From Candidatus Omnitrophota bacterium (lineage in GTDB: Bacteria > Omnitrophota > Gorgyraeia > Tantalellales > Tantalellaceae), in assembly GCA_035403965.1 (NCBI GenBank), contig DAONGE010000003.1, forward strand, positions 17,860-81,859: a stretch of DNA of 64,000 nt. The letters run 5' to 3'. Under the pieces are notes generated by a model. The model searched no databases, was not told the DNA's origin, and was given only the letters and a program-made list of their open reading frames with translations. Shown in pieces: positions 56,569 through 64,000 of this stretch. The position numbers and the translations under genes are program-made. The stretch's first letter is position 1; every line of letters starts with the position of its first letter.

Positions 56569-57390
56569 TTGGTATATCTTGAGATTCTATTGATGTTCTC
56601 TGTTTTTGCCGGAGTTTTGATCATATGGGCGCGCCGCAAGGAACAGTCTTATGTTTTTTTTCCGCACAAGGAACTAGCGTGTGATCATCATTCTTCGGGA
56701 CTTCCGTGTGATGATGTGTTTTTCAGGGCTGAGGATGGCACCCGATTGAACGGATGGTTTTTTAAAAACCCGGTCGCGAAATATACTATCATTTTTTATC
56801 ACGGCTATAAAGGGAATGTGAGTCATCATATCGGCAAAGTCGCGGTCCTGTATTTTCTTGGTTTTAACGTGCTGGAATTTGATTACAGGGGATATGGGAA
56901 AAGCGCGGGACGCCCGAGCGAAAAAGGTTTCTATCAGGACGCGGAAGCAGCATACGACTATGTGGTGAGGGACAGAAAGACTGCGCCTTTGGATGTTATA
57001 TTATTCGGAGAATCGTTCGGAGGAACTCTTGCCATACATACGGCCTCATGCCGAGAAGTTAAGGCGCTTATAACGGAAGGTGCTTTTACGTCGATAACGG
57101 ATATGGCGAAGCTTTTTTATTCGCATCTGCCGCTTTGGCTTATGTCGCTTAGATTCGACGGTCTTTCAAAAATTAAGGATGTAAAAGCCCCTAAACTTGT
57201 TATGCACAGCGTTAACGATAAACGAGTTCCATATTTTATGTCAAAAAAACTTTTTGACGAAGCCGCTCCGCCCAAGACACATGTGGAACTTAACGGTTCG
57301 CATCTTGACGCATATATTGTTTCGGAACGGAAATTCAGGGAAAACATAATCAAATTTCTTCACGAGATATCCGGCAGAAATATAATTTAA
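56569..57390 (+). CDS. Alpha/beta-fold hydrolase (serine hydrolase, GxSxG)
   Basis: 'ILFGESFGGTLAIH' is a nucleophile elbow, and an N-terminal TM anchor is present. TTG start at 56569 after 'gtgaggt'. ATG at 56593 is the alternative. Confidence 0.7.
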   Translation: MVYLEILLMFSVFAGVLIIWARRKEQSYVFFPHKELACDHHSSGLPCDDVFFRAEDGTRLNGWFFKNPVAKYTIIFYHGYKGNVSHHIGKVAVLYFLGFNVLEFDYRGYGKSAGRPSEKGFYQDAEAAYDYVVRDRKTAPLDVILFGESFGGTLAIHTASCREVKALITEGAFTSITDMAKLFYSHLPLWLMSLRFDGLSKIKDVKAPKLVMHSVNDKRVPYFMSKKLFDEAAPPKTHVELNGSHLDAYIVSERKFRENIIKFLHEISGRNII

Positions 57391-57433
57391 CGCTTCGGAC
57401 GGTTTTCGGCCGTGTAAAACTATGCTGTCCATT

Positions 57434-57530
57434 GTCACCCCCGAATGTTTTAATCGGGGGTCAATAATATTAAGTGGGAAAGAGTTGTATTTGGTTTCAT
57501 GGATGCCCGATAAAAGCGCTCGGGCATGAC
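57434..57530. mobile_element. MITE-like hairpin element (family B), copy 3 (diverged)
   Basis: The 5' hairpin is 'gtcacccccgaatgttttaatcgggggt'. Compensatory g/c stem changes distinguish it from copies 1 and 2. The 3' end 'ctcgggcatgacattg' matches the terminal inverted repeat. Confidence 0.6.
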
Positions 57531-57665
57531 ATTGATAAACATAATGTCGGCAAAGTTTGTAACAGTACCGTCGCCCGAACTGTCTTGCAAAACAAACGTC
57601 ATAAGGGTAATCTATATCTGACATATTTTTAGGTGCTTTGTACGGACCGCTATTTTGGATAAAAA

Positions 57666-58856
57666 ATGACTAAAGAAAATAAAAAAATACTGATAATATC
57701 CAACGATAAAAAGTTGAAGGATGTCCTTAAATTCTGCTTTGACGGGTGGGGGTACGACGTTTTTTTTATCGAGTCGCCCGGAGCGGATATTGCTGCTATT
57801 GTTAAGATCATGCCGGATGTAGTAGTTATCGATCTTTGCGCGGCCGCAAAGACATGCCTTGAGACCTGCGAAATGCTGAAAAACGATTTTGCCACGGCAT
57901 ATATCCCGGTCATCACGCTTATAAATAAACGCCATTTGAGGCAGCAGCTTTTGGCGCTCCGCCAGGGGGTGGACGATTATCTTATCAAACCGCCGGATCC
58001 TCTGGACCTCAGAGTTCGTATAGAGATGGCGCTGAAACGGACGCAACATAGCTTTTACGCTAATCCGCTTACCGGACTTCCGGGCGGCATAGTGATAGAA
58101 GAGACGCTTAAAGACCGCCTTAAAACAGATGAGCCGTTCGTCGTCGCCCATATCGACATAGATAATTTCAAATCGTTCAATGATAAATACGGTTATCTGA
58201 AAGGTGACCGCATAATTATGCAGACGGCGTATATGCTTAATACCGCGATCAAGAACTGGGGCAATAAAAAAGATTTTATCGGGCATATCGGCGGAGATGA
58301 TTATGTTATGATCACTACGCCGAATAAGTATAAGGAGATCGCGAAAAATTTCATATGCATGTTCGATACTATCGCGCCGTTCCATTATTCGGATGAAGAC
58401 AGGCAGCAGGGGTATCTTGTGGCGAAGGACAGGACTAATACCGTAAGAAAGATTCCTCTTATGAGCGTTACGATAGCGCTTGTGATAAAGAACAGTACGT
58501 CGGAATTCACCAGTATTATCGAACTGAATGAGCGCATCGCCGAAGTAAAACAATATCTTAAAAAGATACCCGGATCAAAATATATGGCCGATAGAAGGAT
58601 ATCAAATAAAGACGAACATCTGACATTACAGGTTTTTAGTAATGACGATTCGGTGGTGAATTTTTACAAGCCTATCGGGCAGATACTTCTGGAGAAAAAC
58701 ATAGTGACGATCGAACAGCTTGACCGAGCGCTGAAGATACATTGGAAGCGCGGTACTTTGCTCGGAGAGGTTATGAAGGATCTGGGGTATATAACGGATG
58801 CGCACCTAAAGGAAGCTTTAACCCTGCAGGAAGATAAGCTAAAAGCCGGATTATAA
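57666..58856 (+). CDS. Response-regulator receiver + GGDEF-like (GGDDY variant) + C-terminal MshEN/T2SSE_N-like domain protein
   Basis: REC 'KILIISND..DVVVIDL..DDYLIKP'. GGDEF region 'NPLTGLPG...FNDKYGYLKGDRIIM...IGHIGGDDYVMIT'. C-terminal 'IGQILLEKNIVTIEQLDRALKIHWKRGTLLGEVMKDLGYITDAHLKEAL' matches the MshEN-type c-di-GMP-binding motif pair. Confidence 0.7.
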   Translation: MTKENKKILIISNDKKLKDVLKFCFDGWGYDVFFIESPGADIAAIVKIMPDVVVIDLCAAAKTCLETCEMLKNDFATAYIPVITLINKRHLRQQLLALRQGVDDYLIKPPDPLDLRVRIEMALKRTQHSFYANPLTGLPGGIVIEETLKDRLKTDEPFVVAHIDIDNFKSFNDKYGYLKGDRIIMQTAYMLNTAIKNWGNKKDFIGHIGGDDYVMITTPNKYKEIAKNFICMFDTIAPFHYSDEDRQQGYLVAKDRTNTVRKIPLMSVTIALVIKNSTSEFTSIIELNERIAEVKQYLKKIPGSKYMADRRISNKDEHLTLQVFSNDDSVVNFYKPIGQILLEKNIVTIEQLDRALKIHWKRGTLLGEVMKDLGYITDAHLKEALTLQEDKLKAGL

Positions 58857-58872
58857 GCGGATCGGGGCGAAT

Positions 58873-59232
58873 ATGGATACCATAATGTATTTGGTCTTGG
58901 GGCTAGTTGCCGGCGTATTTAGTGGCATCATGGGAGTGGGCGGGGGTATAATACTTATACCGGCTTTGGTGTATATTTTCGGGTACACTCAGCATGAGGC
59001 GCAGGGTACGACCTTGGCGGTACTTGTTCCTCCGATAGGACTTTTGGCCGCGTGGATGTATTATAAACAAGGGTTTGTGAATATTGGTGCGGCGGCTTTG
59101 ATATGTGCGGCGTTCTTTATAGGCGGTTTTTTTGGTGCAAAAATGGCTGTAGGTACTTCGGCCGACGTTCTTAAAAGGGTTTTTGGCGCGCTTATGTTCG
59201 CGATCGGCATAAAAATGATGTTTTTTAAATGA
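58873..59232 (+). CDS. Small TSUP/DUF81 (TauE/SafE-like) membrane protein (half-size, 4 TM)
   Basis: 'GIMGVGGGIILIPALVYIFGY' and 'AVLVPPIGLLAAWMYYKQG' resemble the TauE/SafE 4-TM half. The length is 119 aa. Confidence 0.5.
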   Translation: MDTIMYLVLGLVAGVFSGIMGVGGGIILIPALVYIFGYTQHEAQGTTLAVLVPPIGLLAAWMYYKQGFVNIGAAALICAAFFIGGFFGAKMAVGTSADVLKRVFGALMFAIGIKMMFFK

Positions 59233-59573
59233 AAGCAGGTGCTATGCCGCGATCAGTTACTAATTACGCCAAGAAAAAGATAAAAGGGATACACTGCCTT
59301 TCAAAAAAAGTTAATGGAACCGGAAGAAAACGCCATGCCGCGGTGCTTTTAGATCTTATCGATAAACATGCCGTGGAGATAAGGGAACTGTACGAAAAAA
59401 AAGACGGACATTTTCTGGTAGAGACGGGTGATTTGCTGGTCTTATGTTTGGAGATGCTCGAAGAATTTAAAAGGTCTCCCGACGTTGTAATGGAAAAATG
59501 TTACGGACGCTACGAACGTAAGCTTTTCTCTCTTTTGGAACAAAAAAGAGAAAAGCGGGGAGGTTCGGTATGA
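59229..59573 (+). CDS. Hypothetical protein, possibly MazG-like nucleotide pyrophosphohydrolase fold
   Basis: The ATGA overlaps the upstream stop. 'VEIRELYEKKDGHFLVETGDLLVLCLEMLEE' is similar to the MazG 'E..GDLL' helix. The assignment is weak. Confidence 0.4.
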   Translation: MKAGAMPRSVTNYAKKKIKGIHCLSKKVNGTGRKRHAAVLLDLIDKHAVEIRELYEKKDGHFLVETGDLLVLCLEMLEEFKRSPDVVMEKCYGRYERKLFSLLEQKREKRGGSV

Positions 59574-59830
59574 AGACAGCGATATTGTATTTTGTGCTGA
59601 TGTCAGGCGTTGGTGCGGGAAGCAATCTTGTTCCATCGGATCCGGTACGGCCCGTGCCTGTTCTCGCGGCGGATGAAGGAATCGCGGATAACGGGATAAT
59701 ATCTTTTAGCGTGAAAGGCTCGGAAAGTGCGGATAGATCCGGAGATGAGGACAATATAGGTATCCCGCAGTCTTTTTGCAAGATGACGGATGTTTTGAAC
59801 GGTATGTACCAAATAGAAAGAAGTTTATGA
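59570..59830 (+). CDS. Small exported hypothetical protein
   Basis: The ATGA overlaps the upstream stop. Signal peptide 'MKTAILYFVLMSGVGAGS'. The remainder is acidic. Confidence 0.4.
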   Translation: MKTAILYFVLMSGVGAGSNLVPSDPVRPVPVLAADEGIADNGIISFSVKGSESADRSGDEDNIGIPQSFCKMTDVLNGMYQIERSL

Positions 59831-60192
59831 CAAAAATCTTTTCGGCGCGCGCGGATTTTAAAAACAAGGGTTTTACCCTGGTCGAGATAATGATAGTTGT
59901 CGCGATAATCGCTCTTATCGCGGCGGTGGCGCTTCCGAACTTCATGAAGAACGCTGATATCGCCAGACGTAATACGTGTTTGTCCAATTTAAAGCTGATA
60001 GACGGGGCTAAAACCCTTTGGGCCATAGAGACAGGCACTCCCGAGGGCGATACGGTCAGTATGGTAGATATCGTTTCGGCGTATATAAAAAAAGATCCCA
60101 TATGTCCGTCCGGCGGTACATATGATGTGGGTGAAGTAGGGACGGCTCCGACATGTACCAAATCAGGGCATGTTCTGGCGGCCAATACTTAA
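59827..60192 (+). CDS. Prepilin-type N-terminal cleavage/methylation domain protein (type IV pilin / pseudopilin)
   Basis: 'KGFTLVEIMIVVAIIALIAAVALPNF' is a class III signal with the Gly-Phe-Thr-Leu-x-Glu motif. The ATG at 59827 overlaps the upstream stop. A C-terminal Cys pair is present. Confidence 0.8.
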   Translation: MTKIFSARADFKNKGFTLVEIMIVVAIIALIAAVALPNFMKNADIARRNTCLSNLKLIDGAKTLWAIETGTPEGDTVSMVDIVSAYIKKDPICPSGGTYDVGEVGTAPTCTKSGHVLAANT

Positions 60193-60224
60193 CAAAAATC
60201 GTTCATAAACGGTCTGGAGGGAAA

Positions 60225-60407
60225 ATGGCTGACAAGGGAAAGGTGCTTCAGAAAATTTCTAAATCCCAGGTGAATGTTTTTAAGATAAAAAACAGACGAG
60301 GTTATGCTGCAGTCTGTTTTGATAATCTTACCGAAGGCAATACGGTGGAGATTGCGCTTGAACGGATGAATAAAGTTCTTAAACGTATGGGCTATACCAT
60401 AGAATAG
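60225..60407 (+). CDS. Small hypothetical protein (60 aa)
   Basis: RBS 'ggagggaaa' followed by ATG at 60225, 'MADKGKVLQKISKSQVNVFKIKNRRGYAAVCFDNL...'. The ORF track's longer frame from 60153 has no RBS. Confidence 0.4.
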   Translation: MADKGKVLQKISKSQVNVFKIKNRRGYAAVCFDNLTEGNTVEIALERMNKVLKRMGYTIE

Positions 60408-60410
60408 AAC

Positions 60411-60692
60411 GTGCCTATGAAAATAGATCCGGTTTATGTAGACATCATCGGCTGTGTTGCCGGTGTTTTGACCACGATATCTTTTATCCCGCAGATCATA
60501 AAAGTGTATAAAACCAGACATGTGAGGGATATATCCCTTATAATGTACTCCGCGTTCATGACAGGGATTATCCTCTGGGAAATATACGGATTTATGATAC
60601 ACTCGCTTCCTGTAATATTGGCTAACTTTATTACGATGTTCTTTTGTGGGGCCATAGTGGCTGCTAAAATAATGTTCGGAGAAAATAAATGA
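60411..60692 (+). CDS. SemiSWEET (PQ-loop, 3-TM sugar transporter)
   Basis: 93 aa with three TM helices. The PQ motif is 'ISFIPQIIKVYKTR'. Confidence 0.7.
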   Translation: MPMKIDPVYVDIIGCVAGVLTTISFIPQIIKVYKTRHVRDISLIMYSAFMTGIILWEIYGFMIHSLPVILANFITMFFCGAIVAAKIMFGENK

Positions 60693-61633
60693 AGATATTC
60701 ATAACCGGGGCTACGGGTTTTATCGGCGCAAAACTCGCGGAACGGCTTAAAAAGAACGGGCATCAGATAGTGTGCCTTGTGAGAACGAGTAGCAAAACCG
60801 ATCTTTTAAAGTCCATAGGAGCTACTCTTGTAACCGGTGACATTCTTGATGCCGCATCGGTCATCTCGGCTATCGATAAAGAAAGACCGGAGATAGTATT
60901 CCATTGCGCGGCTTATGTGGCGACGCATGAGCCGGAAAAGGTGTTTAAGGCTAATGTGGATGGGACGAAGAATGTGTTTGAGGCAAGTCTTGGGTGCGGA
61001 GTAAAGAGGGTTGTTTATTTAAGTTCGGTATCGGTCGTAAGTGGGAACTTGATTGCGCCTCTTACCGACGATCTTGCTTATAAAGCCAGTAATGTTTACG
61101 GAGAGTCCAAGATTGCGGCGGAGAAGATTGCTATGGAATACCGTCAGAAAGGACTTAATATCGCGATATTACGCCCCGGTATGGTGTTTGGTCCGGGAGA
61201 GCCTCATCAGCTTGATAATATACTTAAACGCATTTCTAAGGGAATAGTCCCTTATCCCGGGATCAAGGAATTGAACGACAAACTTCAGCTGGTATACATT
61301 GATAATCTGATCGATATTATGGAGATAGCTATGGAAAAAGTATCCGCGTTGTCAGGGACTTTTCTTGTTGCGGATAAGGAGATCATAACTATAAGGGAAT
61401 TTCTTGAGATATCTATGAAAGAGCTGGGGATGGGAAGGATGATAATTATACCCGGTTGGTTGATCAAGCCGGCACTTTTTATTCCTGTGCTCAGGGAAAA
61501 ATTTGGACGTATGTTTAAAGACAGATTATACGATATTAGTCGCGTAGAGAAAATTTTAGGATATCGGCCGGTAATCAGCACACAGGACGCTCTGCGGTTA
61601 ACTGTGAAAAAGTGGAAAGAGAAACATTCTTAA
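60689..61633 (+). CDS. NAD-dependent epimerase/dehydratase (extended SDR)
   Basis: 'MKIFITGATGFIGAKLAERL' and the YxxxK motif 'YGESKIAAE'. Confidence 0.85.
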   Translation: MKIFITGATGFIGAKLAERLKKNGHQIVCLVRTSSKTDLLKSIGATLVTGDILDAASVISAIDKERPEIVFHCAAYVATHEPEKVFKANVDGTKNVFEASLGCGVKRVVYLSSVSVVSGNLIAPLTDDLAYKASNVYGESKIAAEKIAMEYRQKGLNIAILRPGMVFGPGEPHQLDNILKRISKGIVPYPGIKELNDKLQLVYIDNLIDIMEIAMEKVSALSGTFLVADKEIITIREFLEISMKELGMGRMIIIPGWLIKPALFIPVLREKFGRMFKDRLYDISRVEKILGYRPVISTQDALRLTVKKWKEKHS

Positions 61634-61659
61634 AATAAGTTCGGAGCCCATAACTGTAA

Positions 61660-62196
61660 ATGGCAAACGAGGGTATGAAGATCTTACTGCATATATGTTG
61701 CGGGGTGTGTGCCGCTGGTGTCATTGAGCAATTACAAGCCGAGGGTAACGAAGTTACCGGATTTTTTTACAACCCGAATATCGCTCCAAAAGATGAATAT
61801 GAAAGGCGTTTTGCCGCTGCCCGTGTTGTTGCAGAGAGGACAGGGACGCGTCTTGTCGAAACGGGATATGATCATGATTCGTGGCTCGCGGTAACTGAAA
61901 AGTATTCAGCAGAGAGAGAAGGCGGCGCGCGTTGCTCTGAATGCTTCGCTTTCCGGCTCAAGAAAACCTATGAGTATTTTACGGCCGGCGGATTTGATCT
62001 GTTCACGACGACATTGACCGTAAGCCCAGTTAAAAAAGCCGAGGTAGTGAACAGGATAGGGAAGGATATCGCCGGAGAAAAGTTCCTTGCCGCGGATTTT
62101 AAAAAGAAAGATGGATTCAAAAAGGCCGTGGATGCCGCAAAAAAATGGGGTTTGTACCGCCAGAATTATTGCGGGTGTGAGTTCAGTAAAAGATAA
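61660..62196 (+). CDS. queH: Epoxyqueuosine reductase QueH (DUF208)
   Basis: 'KILLHICCGVCAAG...' and 'CSECFAFRL' Cys motifs. The length is 178 aa. Confidence 0.75.
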   Translation: MANEGMKILLHICCGVCAAGVIEQLQAEGNEVTGFFYNPNIAPKDEYERRFAAARVVAERTGTRLVETGYDHDSWLAVTEKYSAEREGGARCSECFAFRLKKTYEYFTAGGFDLFTTTLTVSPVKKAEVVNRIGKDIAGEKFLAADFKKKDGFKKAVDAAKKWGLYRQNYCGCEFSKR

Positions 62197-62216
62197 ACTT
62201 AAGCTAAATTATTATC

Positions 62217-63218
62217 ATGAAGAAATTATCGAGACAGGCATTTGTTAAACGGGTATGCGATACGATCAAGCATTGTGATATGCTGCATGCCGGGGATAGG
62301 GTTTTAGTCGCGGTCTCGGGCGGGCCGGATTCTGTATGCCTTCTATCCGTGCTTTTATGCATAAGGAATAAATTTGGTATAACGGTTTCCGTGGCTAACA
62401 TGGATCATTGTATCCGTGGAGAGGAATCCGCGCGTGATTCGCGGTTCGTGAAAGAGTTATGCGAAAAAATGGGCGTGGATTGTGTTTATGAAAAGATACC
62501 GATAAAGGTTCCGGAGGGGGATGACCGTTCTGTAGAGGAAGTGGCGCGCGCGAAACGTTATGATCTTTTCTTCCGCGCGGCGGGAAAGACATCTTCTAAT
62601 GTTATTGCCACTGGACATACGCTGGACGATCAGGCCGAGACCGTGCTTATGAGGTTTTTAACAGGAGCTTCTCTTAAAAGTATGGCCGGGATACCTCCCG
62701 TTCGCGACGAAAACGGGATAAAGATCATCCGACCTTTGATAAATGCCGATAAAAAAGAGGTTATTGGTTATCTTGAAACGGTGGGGTTGGATTACTGCCA
62801 TGACAGTACGAACGATGAAAAAGATTATTTAAGGAACAAGGTAAGGCTTGATATCCTGCCGTTTCTTGAAAAATATAATCCGCGTGTGAAAAGAACGATG
62901 GTTAATTTTTGCGAAGCCGTGCGTGAGGATATGGCGCTGGTAGAGATCGTGAAAAAGAAAAGTTTAAAAAATATGCCGTCAGATAAAGATAATTCTATTT
63001 TGCTCAAGGACATCCTTTTACAGCCGGTCGCTGTGCGAAAAGAAATGTTTAAGGAGCTTTTTATGAGAGCGGGAGGGGATATTAAAAAATTGACATATCG
63101 CCACTGGAAAGATATGGAGCATTTTATCCGTACTGCTCAAAAAGGTAATTCTCTCAATCTGCCAGGTAATGTCTCGGTTTCGCGAGGCCGGGATTCGATC
63201 AAATTTCAAAAACAATAG
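62217..63218 (+). CDS. tilS: tRNA(Ile)-lysidine synthetase
   Basis: PP-loop 'VLVAVSGGPDSVCLLSVL' and 'ATGHTLDDQAETVLMR'. Confidence 0.85.
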   Translation: MKKLSRQAFVKRVCDTIKHCDMLHAGDRVLVAVSGGPDSVCLLSVLLCIRNKFGITVSVANMDHCIRGEESARDSRFVKELCEKMGVDCVYEKIPIKVPEGDDRSVEEVARAKRYDLFFRAAGKTSSNVIATGHTLDDQAETVLMRFLTGASLKSMAGIPPVRDENGIKIIRPLINADKKEVIGYLETVGLDYCHDSTNDEKDYLRNKVRLDILPFLEKYNPRVKRTMVNFCEAVREDMALVEIVKKKSLKNMPSDKDNSILLKDILLQPVAVRKEMFKELFMRAGGDIKKLTYRHWKDMEHFIRTAQKGNSLNLPGNVSVSRGRDSIKFQKQ

Positions 63219-63338
63219 TTTTGTTTGAGTATTCTGCGTCCCTACTGTATAATATTGAAATTATTTTTGTTGCCCTAACAATGTTGCATTGATATAATGT
63301 TAGGCAAATAAAAACCAAAATAATCGTCAGGAGTTGAG

Positions 63339-64000
63339 TTGAGCACGGTATTCACAACATATCGACGGGCTGTTCTATATACTATATGTAAAGCTATTGG
63401 AAACGGGGATTTAACCAAATTTTTAAGGTCGGTGGTGGCAGTATCCACGATAGCGGCCTTTTTGGGGAATAGTATTGGTGTAGAACTGGCCGGCGCAATG
63501 GAAAAACCGGATATGCGTTTTCCTGCTCCGGTGGATGTCTTGTCTGTAAATAACAGCGATCGAGCCCTAACAGGTCTTTGCCTGCCCGCGAGTCTTGGCG
63601 AAATAAAAAAACAATATGCCGGCACTAACGGAAAAACCGTTATTAATATCCAAGACGCCCATTGTAATTATTCATGCCAGAAAAATATCAGTTTGATTTT
63701 TGATCTCTTGAACCAAGAGACGAATGTTAACGTCGCTCTTTTAGAAGGAGGCGCGGGTGAATACGATCTGTCTGTTTTTCAGGATATGAAAGACGTGGAG
63801 ATCCGCGAAAAAGTAGCGGATTATTTTGTGAAAGAGGGCAGGATGAACGGTGCCGAGTATTTTGCCGTTAATAATCCGGGGCGCGTAACGTTGAAGGGGC
63901 TTGAGGATGAAAATGCTTATCTGAAAAACCTTAAAATATACCGCGATAATGTCAGGTCAAAGGACAAAGCTGAATTTATCCTTAAAAGTTTATCTAATGC
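63339..64000 (+). CDS. 5' part of a second gene paralogous to the giant protein N-terminus. It is interrupted by a +1 frameshift in an A7 run and continues beyond the window edge.
   Basis: RBS 'aggag' at 63329-33, then TTG at 63339. Frame 0 gives 'DLTKFLRSVVAVSTIAAFLGNSIGV...TGLCLPASLG' and ends at 63627. Frame +1, open from 63571, gives 'EIKKQYAGTNGKTVINIQDAHCNYSCQKNISLIFDLLNQETNVNVALLEGGAGEYDLSVF...'. Both frames align to giant-protein residues about 15 to 240. The frames meet around 'ggcgaaataaaaaaacaa' (63597..63614). Confidence 0.55.
   Translation, partial: MSTVFTTYRRAVLYTICKAIGNGDLTKFLRSVVAVSTIAAFLGNSIGVELAGAMEKPDMRFPAPVDVLSVNNSDRALTGLCLPASLGEIKKQYAGTNGKTVINIQDAHCNYSCQKNISLIFDLLNQETNVNVALLEGGAGEYDLSVFQDMKDVEIREKVADYFVKEGRMNGAEYFAVNNPGRVTLKGLEDENAYLKNLKIYRDNVRSKDKAEFILKSLSN

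Noticed and set aside
7669-57530. Possibility that the recurring hairpin repeats form a CRISPR array
   Set aside because: The copies are tens of kb apart and are not separated by regular short spacers. The unit is about 92 bp with terminal inverted repeats, and no cas genes are present.

Overview
The window is a 64-kb bacterial chromosomal segment with mostly plus-strand genes. Its content suggests an anaerobic, uncultivated-lineage organism. The combination of a giant gene, a PEP-CTERM protein and HydEFG resembles Omnitrophota-like genomes, but that is a guess.

Gene order, left to right:
- Three minus-strand envelope genes: an STT3/PglB-like polytopic glycosyltransferase, an S41 C-terminal processing protease and a transglutaminase-like membrane protein.
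- A TPR/HExxH exported protein and an AhpD-like protein.
- An [FeFe]-hydrogenase maturation set (TM1266-like regulator, HydF, HydG, HydE) with no HydA in the window.
- A 0.8-kb repeat-rich spacer.
- A PurF-like amidophosphoribosyltransferase whose nucleophile position is Ser rather than Cys, and a PEP-CTERM protein.
- A nitrogen-assimilation block: glnN (GS type III), a GAF-ANTAR regulator, nadE, a Fis-like HTH, gltB, gltD, carA, carB and pyrG.

The dominant feature is one uninterrupted 20,982-nt ORF (34116..55097), encoding a 6,993-aa membrane-anchored multi-module protein. From the translation I recognise these modules:
- a TraB/Tiki-like N-terminal domain
- two paralogous Rossmann methyltransferase-like modules
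- three HExxH motifs, one inside a hydrophobic segment
- two sacsin/Hsp90-like GHKL ATPase modules
- a GNAT domain and a protein-kinase-like region
- internal TM helices
- two HD phosphohydrolase domains
- a P-loop NTPase
- a HemK-like (NPPY-variant) methyltransferase and one further class-I methyltransferase

Downstream are an exported protein, an alpha/beta hydrolase, a REC-GGDEF(variant)-MshEN protein, a translationally coupled small-gene string with a prepilin, a SemiSWEET, an epimerase, queH and tilS. At the right edge (63339 onward) a second gene paralogous to the giant gene's N-terminus begins, interrupted by a frameshift in an A7 homopolymer.

Intergenic regions carry a family of roughly 92-bp MITE-like hairpin elements with terminal inverted repeats and compensatory stem changes, plus related repeat fragments. 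There are several clean intrinsic terminators, including a duplicated terminator unit. No rRNA, tRNA or CRISPR array was recognised by eye.
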